64,000 bases of DNA from a virus. Made by a program: the position numbers and the translations under genes. Where the stretch lies: positions 37,448-101,447 of the IMG/VR virus record IMGVR_UViG_3300045988_023742; one strand, written 5' to 3'. Shown here one piece after another: positions 61,967-64,000 of this stretch. Position 1 is the first letter of the stretch, and each line of letters opens with the position of its first letter. Below the pieces are notes generated by a model. It was given only the letters and a program-made list of their open reading frames with translations. It ran no database searches and was not told where the DNA came from.

Positions 61967-64000
61967 ATGAAAAGAACAATTGAATCACTAACTCCTCCTG
62001 AGAATAAGCAGGTAATGTGGTTGGATGTATCTGGTAAAGTTAAGCAACTTAAAGTTTACATTAATGGTGAATGGGTAGTTGTTAATGATGATACTGAAAA
62101 TAATGAGGAGATAGTAAAGAAAGTATTAGAAAAGATTGATAAGGACTTTGAGTCTTATATCAAGAAAGAAGATGCTGACAATACTTATGCTACTAAGGCT
62201 GCCCTTGATGGGAAAGTAGATGTAGTAGCAGGTAAAGGATTATCAACAGAAGATTTTACTAGTGCTGAAAAAACAAAGCTAGGAGGTATAGCTGAAGATG
62301 CTACTAGGGTTATAGTAGATGATACTATTAAGGATTCTGTTAATGCTGTACAGAATAGTGCAGTTAAGAAAGCTCTTGATGGTAAAGCTGCTAATTCAGT
62401 ATTTACTGCATCTGCTAATGGTCTAGTACCTAAGGCTGACACTACTGCTGAAAAGTCTACTGCTGTCCTAACTGCTGAGGGTAAATGGATGTCATCTTAT
62501 GATGCATCTAAGTCTAGAACTAAAAGAACTTTTTTGGCTGCACCAATTGATGCAGATGGTAAAGCTGATTTTAGAGCTATTGCTGCTGAAGATTTGCCTG
62601 ATGATATTAAGGTTAGTGTCTTAGACCTTATGTCCTATGGCATTTCTTGGAAGCCAAATGTAGCTGACCCTGTTGTTACTAGGGTAGGTAATATGTCTTA
62701 TCATAAGACTCTCCCTATTCAAAATAATATGAGAGGCTGTATTGCTCAAATGAAGGATGGTGCTAAGATTATGTATTTCTTAGACCCGACAGATTGGAGA
62801 TGGAGAGAAAATCCTAGAGGTAGTATACTTAAGAGCCAAGCACTAACTGTAACTGCAAGTACTTACACTCTTACTAATGCTATATTTAGTACCTTCCAAT
62901 ATGAAGGTCAATGGCTAAAGATTAATGATATTCCTTGTCAAGTACTTGTTATTGATACTTCAACCAATACTGCTACTATTAAGCCTGATTCTCCTATAGA
63001 TGCAGGTAACTATGATGTAGAACTAGGTGCTGTACTTAATGGTTATGATGGCGAAGTAATGGTGCTTATTCCTGAATTTTGGATTAAATCATGGGATACT
63101 GCAATACAAAGAGAAGTAAGAATAGCACCTTCAAAGATTGATGATACTTGGGAACATCAGCCTAAGTTATTAGTTGCTGCTTATCATGATACAGTGCTTA
63201 ATACTATCCCTGAGAATATGGGTTACTTAAGTACATTGGAAGCTAACTCAGCTCTATCTGTAATGAATACCAATAGCTATTGTAGGGGTGGTAATAATTC
63301 ATCTACCTATGATGCTTATATTACTTCTGATAGATTCAGAAGTATGCTTGGTAAGCCTAGAACATCTATTTCAAGAGATACTATGAGAGCTAATTGTAGA
63401 AGGTCTGGTAAGGAAATTCTCAGCTATTTACAGTATAAGAGAGTACTATATTGGCTATACTTTATTGAGTATGCTAACTTCAATTGCCAAGCTAGATTTA
63501 ACTCTGAACTTACTTCTGAAGGCTTTAGACAGGGAGGTCTTGGTAATGGTATTACTACTGTCAATAGTAGTTATTGGAACTTCTATAATGGTTACAATCC
63601 ATTGACTCCTAACGGCTATACAAATGAATTTGGTAATGGGACTAACATTAAGGCAATGACAATAGTAATGCCTACTGTTAGTGGTGGTGAACCTACTTCT
63701 TCTACAACTCAATATGTACCTAGATGGCATGGTATTGAGAATCCATTTGGTGACATTTGGAATAATGTTGATGGCATTATCATTAATTCTTCTAGTATAG
63801 TTGAAAATGGTAAGAAATATAGTGAAGTCTATACTACTGAAGACCCATTACTCTATAGTGACTCTGATTATAGTAAGATGAGAGTAGTTGGTATAGAGCT
63901 TAATGAAGAGGGCTATGTAAAGGAATGGGATTTAGGTAATACAGCAGAGATTATTCCTAGATTAAATGGAGGTAATACAACACAATATAAGTGTAATTAT
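61967..64000 (+). CDS. tail fibre protein, N-terminal 678 codons (runs off window end)
   Basis: ATG at 61967, hand-checked open to 64000. Repeated tail-fibre motif ...GLSTEDFTSAEKTKLGGIAEDA.... Absent from the ORF track because it has no stop. Confidence 0.5.
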   Translation, partial: MKRTIESLTPPENKQVMWLDVSGKVKQLKVYINGEWVVVNDDTENNEEIVKKVLEKIDKDFESYIKKEDADNTYATKAALDGKVDVVAGKGLSTEDFTSAEKTKLGGIAEDATRVIVDDTIKDSVNAVQNSAVKKALDGKAANSVFTASANGLVPKADTTAEKSTAVLTAEGKWMSSYDASKSRTKRTFLAAPIDADGKADFRAIAAEDLPDDIKVSVLDLMSYGISWKPNVADPVVTRVGNMSYHKTLPIQNNMRGCIAQMKDGAKIMYFLDPTDWRWRENPRGSILKSQALTVTASTYTLTNAIFSTFQYEGQWLKINDIPCQVLVIDTSTNTATIKPDSPIDAGNYDVELGAVLNGYDGEVMVLIPEFWIKSWDTAIQREVRIAPSKIDDTWEHQPKLLVAAYHDTVLNTIPENMGYLSTLEANSALSVMNTNSYCRGGNNSSTYDAYITSDRFRSMLGKPRTSISRDTMRANCRRSGKEILSYLQYKRVLYWLYFIEYANFNCQARFNSELTSEGFRQGGLGNGITTVNSSYWNFYNGYNPLTPNGYTNEFGNGTNIKAMTIVMPTVSGGEPTSSTTQYVPRWHGIENPFGDIWNNVDGIIINSSSIVENGKKYSEVYTTEDPLLYSDSDYSKMRVVGIELNEEGYVKEWDLGNTAEIIPRLNGGNTTQYKCNY

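Noticed and set aside
62185-63730. Minus-strand ORFs 62185-62442 and 63455-63730.
   Set aside because: They lie antisense within the open-ended tail-fibre ORF (61967 to beyond 64000). I translated that ORF by hand and found it uninterrupted.

Overview
This is an AT-rich dsDNA phage fragment with crAss-like gene content. All calls come from reading the sequence and the ORF translations by eye; no searches or folding programs were run.

Layout:
- 1-40.5 kb, minus strand: a giant virion-type RNA polymerase carrying a DFDVD motif, then nucleotide metabolism genes (ThyX, thioredoxin, NrdD/NrdG, dUTPase, UDG).
- Same block, replication genes: family A DNA polymerase, Toprim primase, DnaB-like and SF2 helicases, SSB-like protein, T7 endonuclease I-like resolvase.
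- Same block, other genes: an RNA ligase-HicA operon, a lysis/membrane cassette and many small accessory ORFs.
- 40.7-43.2 kb, plus strand: 17 canonical tRNA genes driven by a duplicated promoter cassette.
- 43.4-64 kb, plus strand: morphogenesis genes (GroES-like protein, large terminase, portal, an 1147-aa and a 2576-aa virion protein, tail fibre).

Several operons carry TTTG-N20-TAnnTTTG promoters. This is the Bacteroidota housekeeping promoter form and points to a Bacteroidota host.

Most unusual region: 32.56-33.37 kb on the minus strand, directly downstream of a 607-aa vWA/MIDAS protein.
- It holds seven units, each marked by a conserved 13-nt box (ACTTACAAYAYTA). The variable 5' flank of each box is the reverse complement of a nearby AGT-led segment.
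- These box-helix modules enclose tRNAs or tRNA-like bodies, interrupt two tRNA-like genes, and bracket a circularly permuted tRNA-like element with a UCA anticodon.
- An eighth module encloses the start codon of the vWA gene itself.
- I read this as a candidate phage ribonucleoprotein or RNA-processing system, reminiscent of Ro60/Rsr with tRNA-like Y RNAs. That reading is inference only.

Other observations: a tRNA-Met whose 3' end is duplicated around a homing-endonuclease remnant, unassigned structured spacers in the tRNA array, and a hairpin-rich spacer between two tandem paralogs.
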